Of a stretch of 64,000 nucleotides of DNA, positions 1 through 13,140 are shown piece after piece; the first letter of the stretch is position 1, and each line of letters begins with the position of its first letter. Source of the DNA: Camelus dromedarius (lineage: Eukaryota); contig NC_087437.1 in assembly GCF_036321535.1 (NCBI RefSeq), forward strand, positions 98,830,001 through 98,894,000, written 5' to 3'. The translations under genes were made by a program, and so were the position numbers. A model generated the notes under the pieces. The model was given only the letters and a program-made list of their open reading frames with translations, had not been told where the DNA came from and did no database searches.

Positions 1-1839
1 ATGCCTTGAAAGGCTTTTTCCATCCCATCTTTACACTTCTAGATCCTACCTGTATTCAAGGTCATTTGCAAATGCTACTTTTTACCATAGATCCTTCCTT
101 GATCTTCTCAAACGAATTACTGAAGCTCCTAACTCTCTTTGCCTAGATCTTTAACCGCTGGAGTCTCCCAGCAGTGTGTCAGTCACATGCCATTGGAAAA
201 TAGTATTTCAGCAAGAAGATTCAGTTTTGGGACTGGTTATTTAGGTGTTAGAGGGCTGAAAGCGCAACAGAGAACACTAAAGCTTACCCAGAGATAAATG
301 CAAGCTGCTCCCCAGAAAGCTTGGGAATTAAAAGAAGCAGTTAAATTATTAGAATTTAGGACCTCAGAGTAGGCTCTTGAAGAACTGGGACTCAGACCTC
401 TAAGGAGGAGGCAATGCCTGGTCACAGTAGGTACTTATGGAGAGAGCAATTAACTACTTTCAGAATTCAAAGAAGCTGGAGACTGAAACCAGCTGCCATG
501 GTTATGACGAACTTTTCCTAGAGGGGTGAATGTCACAGCTGCAGCGAACTGTTACTGCCCAGGTGACAGGAGTAGCAATATTAAATAGGAGCAAAGAAGT
601 CCTTCCCTCCCTCTTCTTGTGTCCCCATCACTCCAGTGCTTCTTGGCAGAACCTAACGTGAAGCCAGCCGGCAACTGAGTCTTAGAAGCACAGTTTGCTG
701 TGTCTTAGCCCCAGATTGGTAAGGCAGACACACAAAGGTGGGATTGAAATCAGACAAAGCCGCCATTCTGGAAGACTATTGAGAGAGACACTCTGCAGCA
801 GCAATTCTTTCAATACCTTTAAATTGTAGTTTTTAAAGACTGATCATGTGGCCCACGCATTGAGTTGGTCCAAATTCCGGTAATAACTTTTACCTTCCTA
901 CCACAAAGCTTCCTTTTATAGTGATCCATTTCCACTGATGCCACTAAGAAGATCTCCAGACACACAAACCAAAGGTCTTGTAGTCCATCAGTTTTTCCTC
1001 CCTACCACATAATGTTCATCTACTACCAAATCCTATTGACTTTCTTCATAATGTTGTTACACATTGCCACTACCATCATGCATTCCCCATCACTTCATAT
1101 TTGGATGGCTGCAAATTATCCAGCTAGTCTTTTTTCTCCCAATCTCAGCAAGTCTTTGTGGAACAAGCACTATGCAAAACAATATGGTAGTCACAGAAAT
1201 AATTATATTGGAATGATGATACTAATATATGTTTTTAAATTATACAATCAATGACATAATACTACCAGTGAATGTTTTGGAATTCATAAAGCATTGAGGC
1301 TAGAGGAATCAGAGCAAGACAATAGAGGGACACTGAGGAATGGTACAAATCGTTGAGGCAGAGGAGACAGGAGAAAAATTAAGGGAAGAGGACACTCCAA
1401 ACTGAAGGACAAGATAAGAAAAAGAGAGGCAAAAATGATCACGTTGATCTTAGGAAGGACACTACGGAGACAGGACTAATCAGACCTCAGGATGCATGCA
1501 GGAAGTACCAGAAGGTCCTTGCTGGGATGGCAGCCACTTTGTGCATGAGCACAAGTGAGCTGTTGAGGACACACATTCCAAGTTACCAGTAAATATATTC
1601 CCATTTCTTGGAGTCTAACCATGACAGGTGGATCAGTATCTCCATTGTTCTGAGCACTGACTCTGATTGCAGACTGATAGCAATAACTTCTTTAATGCCT
1701 AAATAATTTTGTTTATTTCTGTTTACTCTAGTTTGCTTTATTCTTTATTAAAACACTAAGTATTTTTATATCACCTTTGTTCATCATGTCTTTCTCATTT
1801 CGTACAGGATGTTTCTTTTCTAAAGTAGAATGATCACTT

Positions 1840-2250
1840 GAGTATCAGTGAGGATGCTTTTGTTGGCAAAAGAGAGAAAACTCAAAAGATGGCTGGAACA
1901 AATTAGGAAAATACACTCTGTGCATTATGAGAAGACCTAAGGAGGTATTTCCATGGTTAATTATTTCAGGCACGAAACTACATCATCAAGACTGAGTGGG
2001 CTACTCCTGTAATGATTTTGAATGACTGTAGACACTCCAGGCATCCCATGTTTAGCAACAGTATGTAAAGTCCAGAAGAGAGGAAGAAGGCATCTCCTTT
2101 CTCTGTGTCTCTTTTCAAAAGGGGACCATCCCCAGGAACCCCCTAAACAAAACTTTCCCCTCATGTCTCTTTGGCCAAAATGATGTCATGAACCCACCCT
2201 TAAACCAATCCCTTAAAAGTAAATGGAATTACTGGGGTAAGTTTAGAGTA
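1840..2250 (-). mobile_element. Old MaLR LTR (MLT1K/L-like), degraded
   Basis: Terminal and internal motifs (TATCAGTGAGGATGCTTTTGTTGGCAA... and CCCTCATGTCTCTTTGGCCAAAATGATGTCATG) resemble reverse MLT1 consensus; recognised by eye. Confidence 0.5.
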
Positions 2251-3261
2251 ATCAGGATTCAACTCTCAGTGTACAGAAAAAGTCTACTCTCTCTTGAAGT
2301 CAAAACCACCCAATCCTTGAAAAAATCAGGGTTCTATTAGTACAGAGCAGGAGTGGAGGGGGGCTGGAGGATGACTGTTGAACAGGCAATAATAGCACCT
2401 GCTCAGTCTTTCCTGGGTTTGAATACCTCCTTAATAATAGTGGTGTCACCCTTTTCAAGTTTTTTTTTTTTAAGTTTCCAAATTTGATCTGTTTTTCTGA
2501 TAGAACATTCAATACATAAAAAAGATTGATAATGTATAGAAAAATAAGTATTGATCTGCTTTCTCTTCTCATCCGCTGTATCCTTATCCAATCTGCCCCA
2601 CATACCGAGTTTACTGCTCCTTCGTTTTCCTCTTCATCTAGCCTCAACACTGTGCCGTCTTAAGCAGTGCTCAAGGGCTCCTATTAGATACTCAGCTACA
2701 TCGCATGCCCTCCATGGACCTGCTCCACTCTTCGGCGCGGTCCTTAGTGATCTGCGGCCCCCGCTGTCTTTCTCACGTTATCTTGTAAAATCTGAGCTCC
2801 CCCGAGACCTTTCTATGTCGCTCTACACCGACCCCTTTAGGTGTGCCTCTCTTTTTCCCTCACTGGAATTTTGTGACTGTTTTGTCAAAATTGCACTTCT
2901 TTGATTCTTCTAGCCTTTTCCAGGGACCTTTCCTTTCAAATCTCTCTGTATAACATTATTAAATGTTTTCTCTGGACTCCCTTACATCTGTTTTTCAAAA
3001 TTGTATATTATATGGCTGATGATCTTCTGTATTATATTCCTTAGCTATCAGATCCTTAAAATAGGACAGTCATTTTCTTTCAAAATTCTGATTATTTCCA
3101 CAGGAAACTTAAGAAAAAGAAAAAGTACCTGAACTGAATTAAAATGTTGGCTTTTCTACTTAGTAGCTGAAGGAATGACTTAACTTCCCCAAATCTGATT
3201 CCATGTATATAAAATGAGAATACAAATATCTCCTTCACAAATTGTGAGTATTAAGTGATGA

Positions 3262-3310
3262 TGTGTGTATGTCTGTGTCTGTGTGTCGGTGTGTCTGTGT
3301 GTCTCTGTGA
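3262..3310. repeat. Imperfect (TG/TGTGTC)n microsatellite
   Basis: Directly visible TGTGTGTATGTCTGTGTCTGTGTGTCGGTGTGTCTGTGTGTC. Confidence 0.85.
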
Positions 3311-5404
3311 GAGTGTTGCCTGGCTCTCATTCTTTTCAAACGCCTAGCAGTTGAAATGTCAAAACTCGAGGTTCTTCAAAACTACCATTAGAGTCGGATT
3401 ACAAATTCCATAGGAGCTTGTGGCCAGTGGCCTTCGTGATCTGGACTGTCACTGTCCTTTCTCCAGCCTGGGGCCGTCTTTCTTCCAGCTATCATTGAAG
3501 CCCACTCGAGCAGTTCAAAGCATGCTTATGTGACAGAGTCCACATTTGCCACATCACTCTCAGGCCCTTGGAAAGGTCAGGCTCCCCAGGGGCACGGCCC
3601 TTCTGCAGACACCGAAACATCTTTGAAAACTGCAATAGTTAATTTGCGGTCCTGCTTGGCTTTTTCCTGTGTCACTCCAAGTTTACAATTTATTATAGAT
3701 TTTTTTTTCCTTTCCAAAGAAAAGAGATCCCTCTAGTGGCTTCAGTGAGTTTCTCTTTTTCAATGACCAAATGAGAACAGGGAGAGAGAGCTCCTTTAAT
3801 TTCTAAGAGATGTGAGAGTTGATGAGCTGGGAGGAGAGAGAGCTGAGCTGTAACGCTGGGAGACCCAAAGATGCATGACTTGACGGGACACCTTTCTTTG
3901 CCATGCTGGTGGCAAGCAAGGAGTTTTATGGACCTTTAGAGACTTATTAGATCCTTGCCAGTGGTTTATCAGGATCTCGCTGAGTATCATTTATGATTTA
4001 TTACCATTTTCTCATTCTTGTTATTTCAGCTTATTTCTCTCCTATCTGCACTGATTTTAGAGGATGCAAATTCACTGCATGTAACTGCCAAGTCCACCTG
4101 CAGCGCCCTGTGCATAACTCCACATGGAAGTATTTGAAAGCAAAGGGTTGGTTGTCGTTCTTAGGATTGTACTAAAAGAAATAGTCAAGAAAATCCATGT
4201 GCATTTCTGGTTTTGTGACTTTTTAACCTCGTTAGAATGAGAGAGGAGGGTCATGGGGGTCATTTTTCCTCTCTTCAATTCTGGTGAAGCAGCTAGATAG
4301 ATTTTTTAAAAAATCGTTCTGCATAGTCAAAGCCAATTAAAAGAGAAATGCTAGCAACCCGCAATTAGGCACATTAAAAAAAAAACAATGCCTGAGATTT
4401 AATTGGATAAATAAAATCTCACTGTATTACAATAATATTTTACCCAATTATCCCACTGCAGACATTTTGCCAAAGTAATCTATGTGTTGAGTCTTCAGCC
4501 TTTGAATGGTCCTTTGGTTAAGCCTAAGCATGCACTTCTGTCCCCTCCAACAGTGGCCAAGTGGAAGATATAAGAATGAATGACAGATCCACTATCCTGG
4601 AGTTGGTTCCTGAAGTGACTCTAATAAGTAGAAAAGAAAAATCTCCTGTGTTCATGGAATTTTTGTGTCCAGAGATAAAGGGACTGAACAGTACTCATAA
4701 AAATTCTTTCTTGTCTAAAAACTATAGTCATTGGTTACAGAGCATTGTTTAGGTCCTATGGCAATAAATTATTTTTGTGAGTTAATGTGTTGAAACATAT
4801 ATTGTCCTTCAATATAAGTAATCAATGGCAATGGTGTTTTCTGTTCCACTTCAAACTACTGGTCCCTGGGAAACTGAGAGAACGAAATGTTTCAATGTCA
4901 CAGTATGTTATGTGTTTCAGACACTCCCACTACTCCTTCTTCAGTACATGTTGAATGAGTGAAAAGGCAGTCAGCAGGTGGAAGAGGCAAAGTCAAAAAC
5001 AAAAAAAGCAAACTGGCTAATTTCACAGACCAGGTCACTTGTAATTACATTCCCATCAGGATGTGTGTGAAACAAGGACCACGACTTGATATTCGTTGTT
5101 GATCAGCTATGTTTTAGCTACTTTATAAATTAATCTATAGCTAGTTCTCATGATCCAATCTTCTTTTTGAAGCATTATATCTATTATTTTTAATCCACCC
5201 CCTTATTTTAATAGTAAAACGCTGACTTCATCATAAAAATGTTAATACCCTCAAAGACCTCTAAGGAAGACTGACACCTGAAGCTCCTGGACAAGACGCT
5301 AGGTGGGTTCTCTGTGTCCTTTCCACTCTCGGAGAAGGCCATGAGGCTGTGAGGAAGTCACTAGCTTCAGTATCACTTATTTATCTTACAAACAGTACAA
5401 AGCC

Positions 5405-6046
5405 AGTAGTGGATTCATATCATGTCAACTTAGTTAAGGGAGAACCACGTTTCCCAGAATTCTCTTCACTGTGTAATTACAAATTAGTCTGGACCACAGG
5501 TGATGTTTGCATAATATCTGAGAAGTGGAAGTGAAACAGCAGCCTTTTTTTTCTTTAATACTTGGAAGATCTGTGCACGTTGTCTACTAGGCACTGTTGC
5601 AACACATGCCACATTGTGCCACCTGCTGCCTCACCTTGATCCCTGTCCGTCACTCCTCCTGTTCCCATCGTGCTCCCTCCTGCTCCTCTCAGCTTCTCCA
5701 ACTCTTGGGGCAGGGGAATACTTAGTTCTGTGATATAGGACTCAAGCTTCCATTACAGGTCACCTGCAACACTGACATTGGAGAGTTGGCCAGACCGACA
5801 GGGCTTCTAGTCCATTCTTATGAGTTCCGGCCTCATCCTCAGGGGTTCTACTTCTTTCTTGGTCTTCACTTCACCTCCATCTTAGTCCCCCCGTGTCTCC
5901 CTTCCTAATTCACACATAAAGACAACAGACTCTGATAGACTATTTAACCAGCTCCCACATTACATAAGGTCAACTCTCCATAATAATTTCCCTGTTATTT
6001 ATCAGTCCTAGTGGTTCTGTTTCTCTCACTGAACCCTGATGATACA
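5405..6046 (+). mobile_element. ERVL solo LTR, LTR41-like
   Basis: Starts TAGTGGATTCATATCATGTCAACTTAGTTAAG...ACGTTTCCCAGAATTCTCTTC, contains GGAAGTGAAACAGCAGCC, ends GTGGTTCTGTTTCTCTCACTGAACCCTGATGATACA; matches recalled LTR41-type consensus. Confidence 0.6.
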
Positions 6047-6122
6047 GTGCCCACCATGAACATACCACTATAACTGGTAGTAGGGATTTCAAAAAGGAGT
6101 GAGTCAATGTAGTGAAGAAGAC

Positions 6123-6507
6123 TGCTAGTTTTCTAGGGCCACCAAAAAAAAAAAAAAAGACCACAGATTAAGTGGCTTAAACAACAGAAATTTATTTTCT
6201 CGCAGTTCAAAGATGCTAGAAATCCAAGATCAAGATGCCAGCAGGTTTAGCTTCTCCTGAGGCTTCCCTCCTTGGCTTACGGATGGCCCTTTTCACTGTG
6301 TCTTCATCTGGCCTTTCCTTTGTGTGCATGCGTCTCTAGTGTCTTCCTCTTTCTCATAAGGACGCCAGTGCTATTGGATGAGAACCCACCCTTGCAACCT
6401 CATTCACCTTAATTACCACTTTAAAGACCCTATCTCCAAATACAGTCACATCGGGGGTTAGGGCTTCAATATATAAATTTGGAGGGAACACAGTTCAGTC
6501 CACAACA
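6123..6507 (-). mobile_element. MaLR solo LTR (MLT1A-C-like)
   Basis: Hallmark GTGGCTTAAACAACAGAAATTTATTTTCTCGCAG...TCCAAGATCAAG...AAAGACCCTATCTCCAAATACAGTCACAT...ACAGTTCAGTCCACAACA. Confidence 0.85.
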
Positions 6508-7124
6508 AAGATAAACAAGTAAATAGGATACTGTAATTTGCATGTGGAAAATGCTAGGTGCAATTATAGAATGCCATGGAAAGCCACAAGAGAGGTACAT
6601 AACACAGACCTGGAATTGTGGGTTCAGAGATAGGATGGTTATATAATGTATGCGACCCTTATGAGAGTAAAGGGTCCAGAACACGACTTCTCCTTTTCTT
6701 ATGGCCAAGAAACCTGCAGTTTGACTTTGTAGCCACTGTGAAGCTGCTTAACGATCCCGCGGAAACCGACCATAAACATCCACCTTCAGCCACTCCCCAG
6801 CCCTCCACATGAAGGCCTTTGCAGTAGGAGAAAGAAGTAACCTCAGACAGCAAAGATGAGTTACTGTCCAAGATCAGAGCTCACGCATGCTCCTCCCAGA
6901 GAGCTCTCTTAACCTGACTAAGAGACAACATAGACTCAGTAAAGCTCTTCAGATCAAAAACTATTGAAAAATGTGTGTTTTTCATGAATGAAAAAGATTC
7001 AGCCAGAGGCAGGTTGCTTGTCATATCTGAGGCTCCGCCTCTTTGGCTTGGAAGAAAGGGTCTGAAGTTCATGTTTTACCTCCGGTTACCCAACATGATT
7101 TCCTTTTAGCAGTTATTAACTCTT

Positions 7125-7765
7125 GTTATTAACAACTTTACTGAAATACCATACCATACCATACAGTTCACATACCATACAATTCACTCATTTAAAATAC
7201 ATGATGCAATGGTTTTCAGTATGTCTACAGATACATACAACCACCACCCCAGCTACTTTAGAACATTTTTAAATCACCACAAAGAGAAATCCCATATCAT
7301 TTAGCTGTCACCTCCCTACCCAATTCCCTTAACCCTAAACGACAGTTTTCTATTTTATTTATTTATTTCGGTAATCTATTTCTGTCTCTGTAAGTTTGCT
7401 TGTTCTGGGTATTTCATATAAATGGAATCATGCAGCCTGTAGTCTTCTGTACTTCTTTCAATTATAAAATTGTGAAAAAATATAATATTTTCAAGATTCA
7501 TCCATGTTGTAGCTTATTTCAGAATTTCAGTCATTCCTTTTTAAGGTGGAATAATATTCCACTCTATAAACGTAACACGTTCTGTGTTTGCGTTCGTGAG
7601 TTCATAACCATTTGGGCTGTTTCCACCTTTTGGCTGTTGGGAATAATGCTGCAGTAAATATTCACATACAAATTTTTGTTTGAGCACCAGTTTGCAATTC
7701 TTTTGGATATATACCTGAGTGGAATTGCTGAGCCATGTGATGAACAGCAAAACTGACTTCCACAT
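7125..7765 (-). mobile_element. L1 (L1MB-like) 3' end fragment
   Basis: Reverse L1 3'UTR and ORF2 C-terminal motifs (CATACAATTCACTCATTTAAAAT, TTTCATATAAATGGAATCAT, GAGTGGAATTGCTG). Confidence 0.8.
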
Positions 7766-8656
7766 CAGTTAACTCTTACCCCCAAAAAATAATTTTAGAA
7801 AGTAGGACAACATTTTACACTCCAAAACAGGACCTCCCTGCTCAGTTTGGTTGAGGACCTAGGTCAGGTCTCCAAAGAGAAGAGATGGTAGACATGTGAT
7901 ATGGACACGCAGTCATTTTGAACTCTTCTGCATTTATGCCATCTTCTCATCTGTTTTCTTTGTTAAAGAGTTTGTAGTAACCAAAACATTGTCTAAAACA
8001 AGGTGTCTAGGGAGAAATGTATTCTGAGTTAAAATACGTGTTCTAGGAAAATGCCCATTCTAGGTGGCACACAGTCCCTGGGGCCACCTGACCTGAAAGA
8101 CTCACCCTCCCTAGCTCACCCAGCAGCTTCAAAGCACATTTAACACCTAACAAGGGACTCTACCAATCCCGGAACTACAAGGCTGACTAGGCAGAAGGGA
8201 CTCTTCCCATCTTCCTCACAATCTACAGCCTCTGGCTGCACATCAGTCGGGTGTGTGGAAGTTCATACACATACCTCTGGTTCTGGAGGGATTTCCATTG
8301 CTCCTCCCTCTCCCTCTTGCTTCAGATCACAGACCTTGCACACATCGGAGCTATTCATCAAGCAAGTGTTCAACAATCAGGGAGCATCTTGACTCCAGGT
8401 GAATTCTTTGGCTTGAGTTTATTCTCAAGGGGAAACTGGCCAAGTACAAAAGGCCATGTAAGGTCTCCAACCAAAACAACTGACAGCAGCCCGGGCCTTG
8501 AGGGATCCCAAGCAGTGACAAAGGATTAGGAGTATAGTGGAACCATAATTTACAAAAAGGCTTTGAATTTGTAAAGATCAAACATAGGTTGTGCATTTGA
8601 ATGCAAAGTGGGTCAGGGTATATGGATTTAGACAGAGCTTATAAATACTAGGGGCC

Positions 8657-9282
8657 TGTGGTGGGCAGCATTCTAAGACAGTTCCCCCAAATCCTTGTCC
8701 CCTGGTTTACATGCCTTGTTGAATTTTCTCCTGGAGTGCCGTCAAAATCTGTGATTATGATAAACTGCTAATCTTATGATTAGGTTACATTGTTTGGCAA
8801 AGTGAAGAGATTTTACAGATATAATTAAAGTCCCTAATCAGTTGGCTCTTAGTTAATTAAAAGGGAAATGATCATGGTGGGCCTGACCTAATCAAGTGAA
8901 GACTTTAGGGAAGTAAGCTGTCATGTTGTGGAAGGCCTGTGGAAGGAGCCCTCTGGGTGAAGGAAAGCTCTCTGGGTGACGGAGCTGATAGTGACTCCTG
9001 GCCAACAGCTTGAAAGAAAATAGGGGCCTCAGTTACACAGCTGCAAGCATGAATTCTACCAACAACCTGAGGGAGTTTGGAAGTGGATTTCCCCATTTTA
9101 CCCTCCAGATGAGGATGCAGCCAGCTGAGACCTTCGTTTCAGTCACAGGAGGCACTGAACATGGAACCAAACTAAAACATGCCAGATTCCTGACCCATAG
9201 AAACTGTGAGATAATAAATGAATGTTGTGGTAAGCTGCTCAATTTGTGGCAATTTGTTATGTAGCAATAGAAAGCTAGTACA
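8657..9282 (+). mobile_element. MaLR solo LTR (MLT1E/F-like)
   Basis: TG...CA termini; TGTGGTGGGCAGCATTCTAAGA start; CCAGATTCCTGACCCATAGAAACTGTGAGATAATAAATG and TTTGTGGCAATTTGTTATGTAGCAATAG end. Confidence 0.85.
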
Positions 9283-11554
9283 GTGCAAAGGCCACAGTGT
9301 GTGTGTGCATGGACACTTTGTGCCCTAGGAGGACCTAGTGGCTTTGAAACACAGGGCAGGTCCTCATACGTATTCTTACTATTGTTTTAAATGCCTTTCA
9401 TGCAGTCATCCTTGACTTATGTTTTATGCCTAAATTGCTCTTTTCCTACCTATTTTGTATGCACACCTTCTATAATTAAATTTAATAAATGCTTTTTTGT
9501 TCTCATCTTGATGATGCAATGATCTACACAAAGGATTTGCATGTTAACTCATTTTCTTAGGTGGAGTTCTGAACCTCTAAACTTTGCAAATGCTTTTTTG
9601 CTTTCAATCCCAAGTTTCACTTAGAATAAGAAGGTGAAGGAATTAGAGACAAGCAACAATGAGATTTAAAGTTCCTAGGGGAGTGGTAAACCTAACAGAA
9701 AACCTGCAATTTGTGTGTGTAATCACACAAACCACTGAGATGTGGGTGTTATTGTTTTGTTAGCCCAGAATTATAAAGAGGCCTTAAGCAATTTTATTTT
9801 GGTGATTTCAGACCACAGAGTGATATATATCTGCATCGTGGGATTGCAGCTTTAATAAAAATACACTAAAAGATAGACTCAGACCCTCTACTGCACTGTG
9901 GTGCTAGCACCGAAGTCTCCCATTTCATACAAAGACAGATGGACAACAAATGTCCTTCTGTTCTTGGTACAGAGCTCAAACTGAATGGGATTTACCAGGA
10001 TTTTACATCTAATCCCTCTTCTTAAGGGGCTCTGGCTGTTAGTTTTGGCTGGCAAGAAAGGGAAACCAGATGCTTAAACGCCGGAGGGCAGAGTTCCTAG
10101 GTTAAAAGGGTTGTTAAATGTGTTCTATTTTCTTGTATTTGCATAGGTCATTTTAAGCATAAACATTTCTAATCAATTTCAGTGGATCTGAATTATGAAC
10201 TAGTCTAAATAGCCAACCCCTCTTTCTCCAAATAAAACCAGAAAGTGTCAACTAAATCTTTAGTAATAGGTGTATCTATGCTTGTTGCCCCAGAAGATAA
10301 ACTCAATCAGTATTGAAGTGTCTAAATAACACTGATAAAAATGTATTCATGAAGCAGAACATTTTTTATTTTAAAATTCTTATAAAATGCATTCCCTCCT
10401 GGCATGGAACATTCTGCTCATGAAAGTACTTGCAAAGCCTCCAGCTGTTCCTCTTCATTTTCCCTCCAACAGTTCCAACTATCATCTTAAAAAGGCACAA
10501 TAGGATTTTCCCGAATAATCACCAACAAATGATGAAATTACTTTTCCAGATCTAAGGACTCCAGTGAAGACTTTGTAGGGGATTACTATTTCATTTTCAA
10601 ATAGTGTCCTATTCAGATGTAGCTACACCCACCCTACAGTTAGAGCAGTAATTTCTTGTTGCCACACTTCAGGGGGTCTCTAGTTATCTTAATAACTGTC
10701 ATGAAAGTCTAAAAGAAAAATTAATTTACATTTGCTCTCATAAAGAAAAGACTAAAATGTACTCTGTTAGAATCTTTGAGGTGGGATTTGAGAATCCCCA
10801 GGTCATAAAGCAATCCCCAGTTACTTCCAATGCAGCTGGTCTGTAGACCAGAGTTTAGGACCACAAGAATTAGGAGATATGTCAACAACTCTTACTGATT
10901 TGATAAAGTGCTCATTGTGACATAATGCTCGAAAATAAGCTATTCTAACTTAAAAAGACAGACTTTTGAATCCTTGCATTTAACTTCTCATTCTCCCAAT
11001 TTCCCAATGGAATGTCCAAAGGAATTCAAAAAGTGTGGAGAATCTGAATCAGCTCTGAAAATCAGGGAAGGAAACCAGACTATTGTGGGAAAAGTCAAGA
11101 AATATCTGCAGAATATATTGCTATATTGGCACTGTATTGGGGGAATTGCTGGCCAATTCACAGTTCATGACCCAGAGTACATAGCAGCAGAGCCTGGGGT
11201 GAAAATTGTCATTATGACAATGGTAGGGAGTTTGGGGAGGGGGCTGAAAATCTAGAGCTAACAAGGGTGAGATTACTCTGCATAGTTTGCTCCCAGTTAC
11301 ACTTAAACAGTTTACATTTGAAATATAGAGCAAGCCAAATAGAATGGGGGCAGTGCCATACCTGGCCTCTTAAGAGAAAAGCCTTACCAGTTAGAAAATA
11401 AAGACATTATCCCAGAAAACAAAGAAGGAATAGATTCTCTTTGGCACAGGGGCAAAACTCCCCTGTGTGGCTGCCCCTGGCTTTAATTCACACCATCCTC
11501 TTCAGAGGTAATGGCCCATAACTTGGCGGTATAAAACTACAGAGCTAATTCTAT

Positions 11555-11660
11555 CTTCCTTTTTGTATTCTCCTTTTTCTTTCCTTCTTTTCTTCCTCTT
11601 TCTCTTCTCTTTCCTTTCTTCCCTCTATTCTCTCCTCTTTGTCCTCCTTTTCTTTTTGGT
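11555..11660. repeat. Polypyrimidine/polypurine low-complexity tract
   Basis: About 100 bp composed almost entirely of C and T. Confidence 0.85.
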
Positions 11661-12243
11661 TTAATCAAAACAACCTTTGAAAGAAATCACATAAATCTCC
11701 AAATATGGACAAGCTTACAATTTCCTTCATCAATTACTCATCTAATCAATCTCTCTCGTTTTCCATCTCACCCACACATGCTTATTTGTAAGGATAAACA
11801 AAGAGAAAATTATAAAGATTTAGTAGTTCAAAAAAAGGCAATTAAGCTGAGCAGGTAGAAAAAACATTCCCTTAAAAGTGGCTTTACTAGTAAAAGCGGG
11901 AAAAAAACTATAGAAAATCTCCATCATGTATTTTCTAAAAGATTCAAGAGGACATTTTGTCTATTGAGTAGAAAAGGGTGAAATCAGAAAAAAAGGTATA
12001 ATCTGAGAGCATGAAAAATTGCTTTGAGATGAGAAAAATATGACCATTAAATTTTCTAATGCAATGGAATTCATAAACACAAGATAAGATTCTGTAGAAT
12101 TAGAATCAATGGATTAGAAAAATAAGCTCTAGAGAAATTCTTCCAGAACTTCCAAAGAAAGTAGAAAATGTTACCAGCAAAGTTAAAAAAAATTGGAAGA
12201 CAAGTTCAGGAAATCTAAAATAAGTTTTATAAGAAGTCTAGAA

Positions 12244-12783
12244 GAGCTGAAACAAAAAATGTTAAAATTTGTATGGAAACACAAAAGAACAAGACTCAGC
12301 CATAAAAAAGAATAAAATAATGCCATCTGCAGCAATATGGATGGACCTGAAGATCGTCATTCTAAGTGAAGTGGGCTGGGAAAAACAAAACAAAACAAAA
12401 ATGACATAAGACATCACTTATATGATGAATCAAAAATAATAATAATAACACAAATGAACTACTTATTATTTATAACTTAGATGACTGATTTCTTGAATTA
12501 TGTATAAGCACATGTGACTGTCCTTTATGGTTGGATTACCGCATTCTGTTGATGCTTATTTTGTAGTTGGCTTTATTCCTTTGATAACTATGTAAAGTTT
12601 AAAAAGCTAAAGCTCTAATCTCTTTTTAGAAACAATGATTAGTACATACATGCAAACTAAAAAAATGTGCAGTATACTGTATATATGTATTTACATGCAA
12701 TATAATGTATACGTGCAGTCGAACTGTAATAATCCTACCTAATAAAACTGAAAAAAATAAAAGCAGAATGAAAGCAAACAAAA
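12244..12783 (+). mobile_element. TSD-flanked retroposed chimera: L1 fragments plus non-L1 polyadenylated sequence
   Basis: 13-bp direct repeat AAGAAGTCTAGAA at 12231-12243 and 12784-12796; L1 ORF2/3'UTR pieces at 12255-12460; AATAAA at 12741 followed by an A-rich tail. Confidence 0.7.
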
Positions 12784-12849
12784 AAGAAGTCTAGAAAGAC
12801 TCAGCAGATGGAACAGCAAAAAAGAAAAAGAAGAAAGAAAGAGATGGCT

Positions 12850-13140
12850 GAATGTGGTAAAGAAGTACAAACTTTCAGTTATAAAATAAGTAAGTTCTGG
12901 TAGTGTAATGTACAGCATAGTAACTATACTGAATAGTATTATATTATAATACGCTCAGAATACTTGAAAGTTGTCAAGAGAATGGGTCTTAAAAGTTCTC
13001 ATCACCAAAAAACAATTGACACTATGTGTGGTAATGTTAAGTAGACTTACTGTGGTGATCATTTTACAATATACGTATATTACAAATTATTATATTGTAC
13101 ACCTAAAACCAATATATTTTTACCTATTAAAAAGAAAAAA
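12850..13140 (+). mobile_element. L1MA-like 3' end
   Basis: GTACAAACTTTCAGTTATAAAATAAGTAAGTTCTGG...TACTTGAAAGTTGTCAAGAG...TCTTAAAAGTTCTCATCAC, A-rich tail. Confidence 0.8.

Noticed and set aside
2551..2904. 117-aa ORF over the CpG-richer patch
   Set aside because: Non-ATG start, no recognisable domain, and Leu/Ser/Pro bias explained by pyrimidine-rich DNA.
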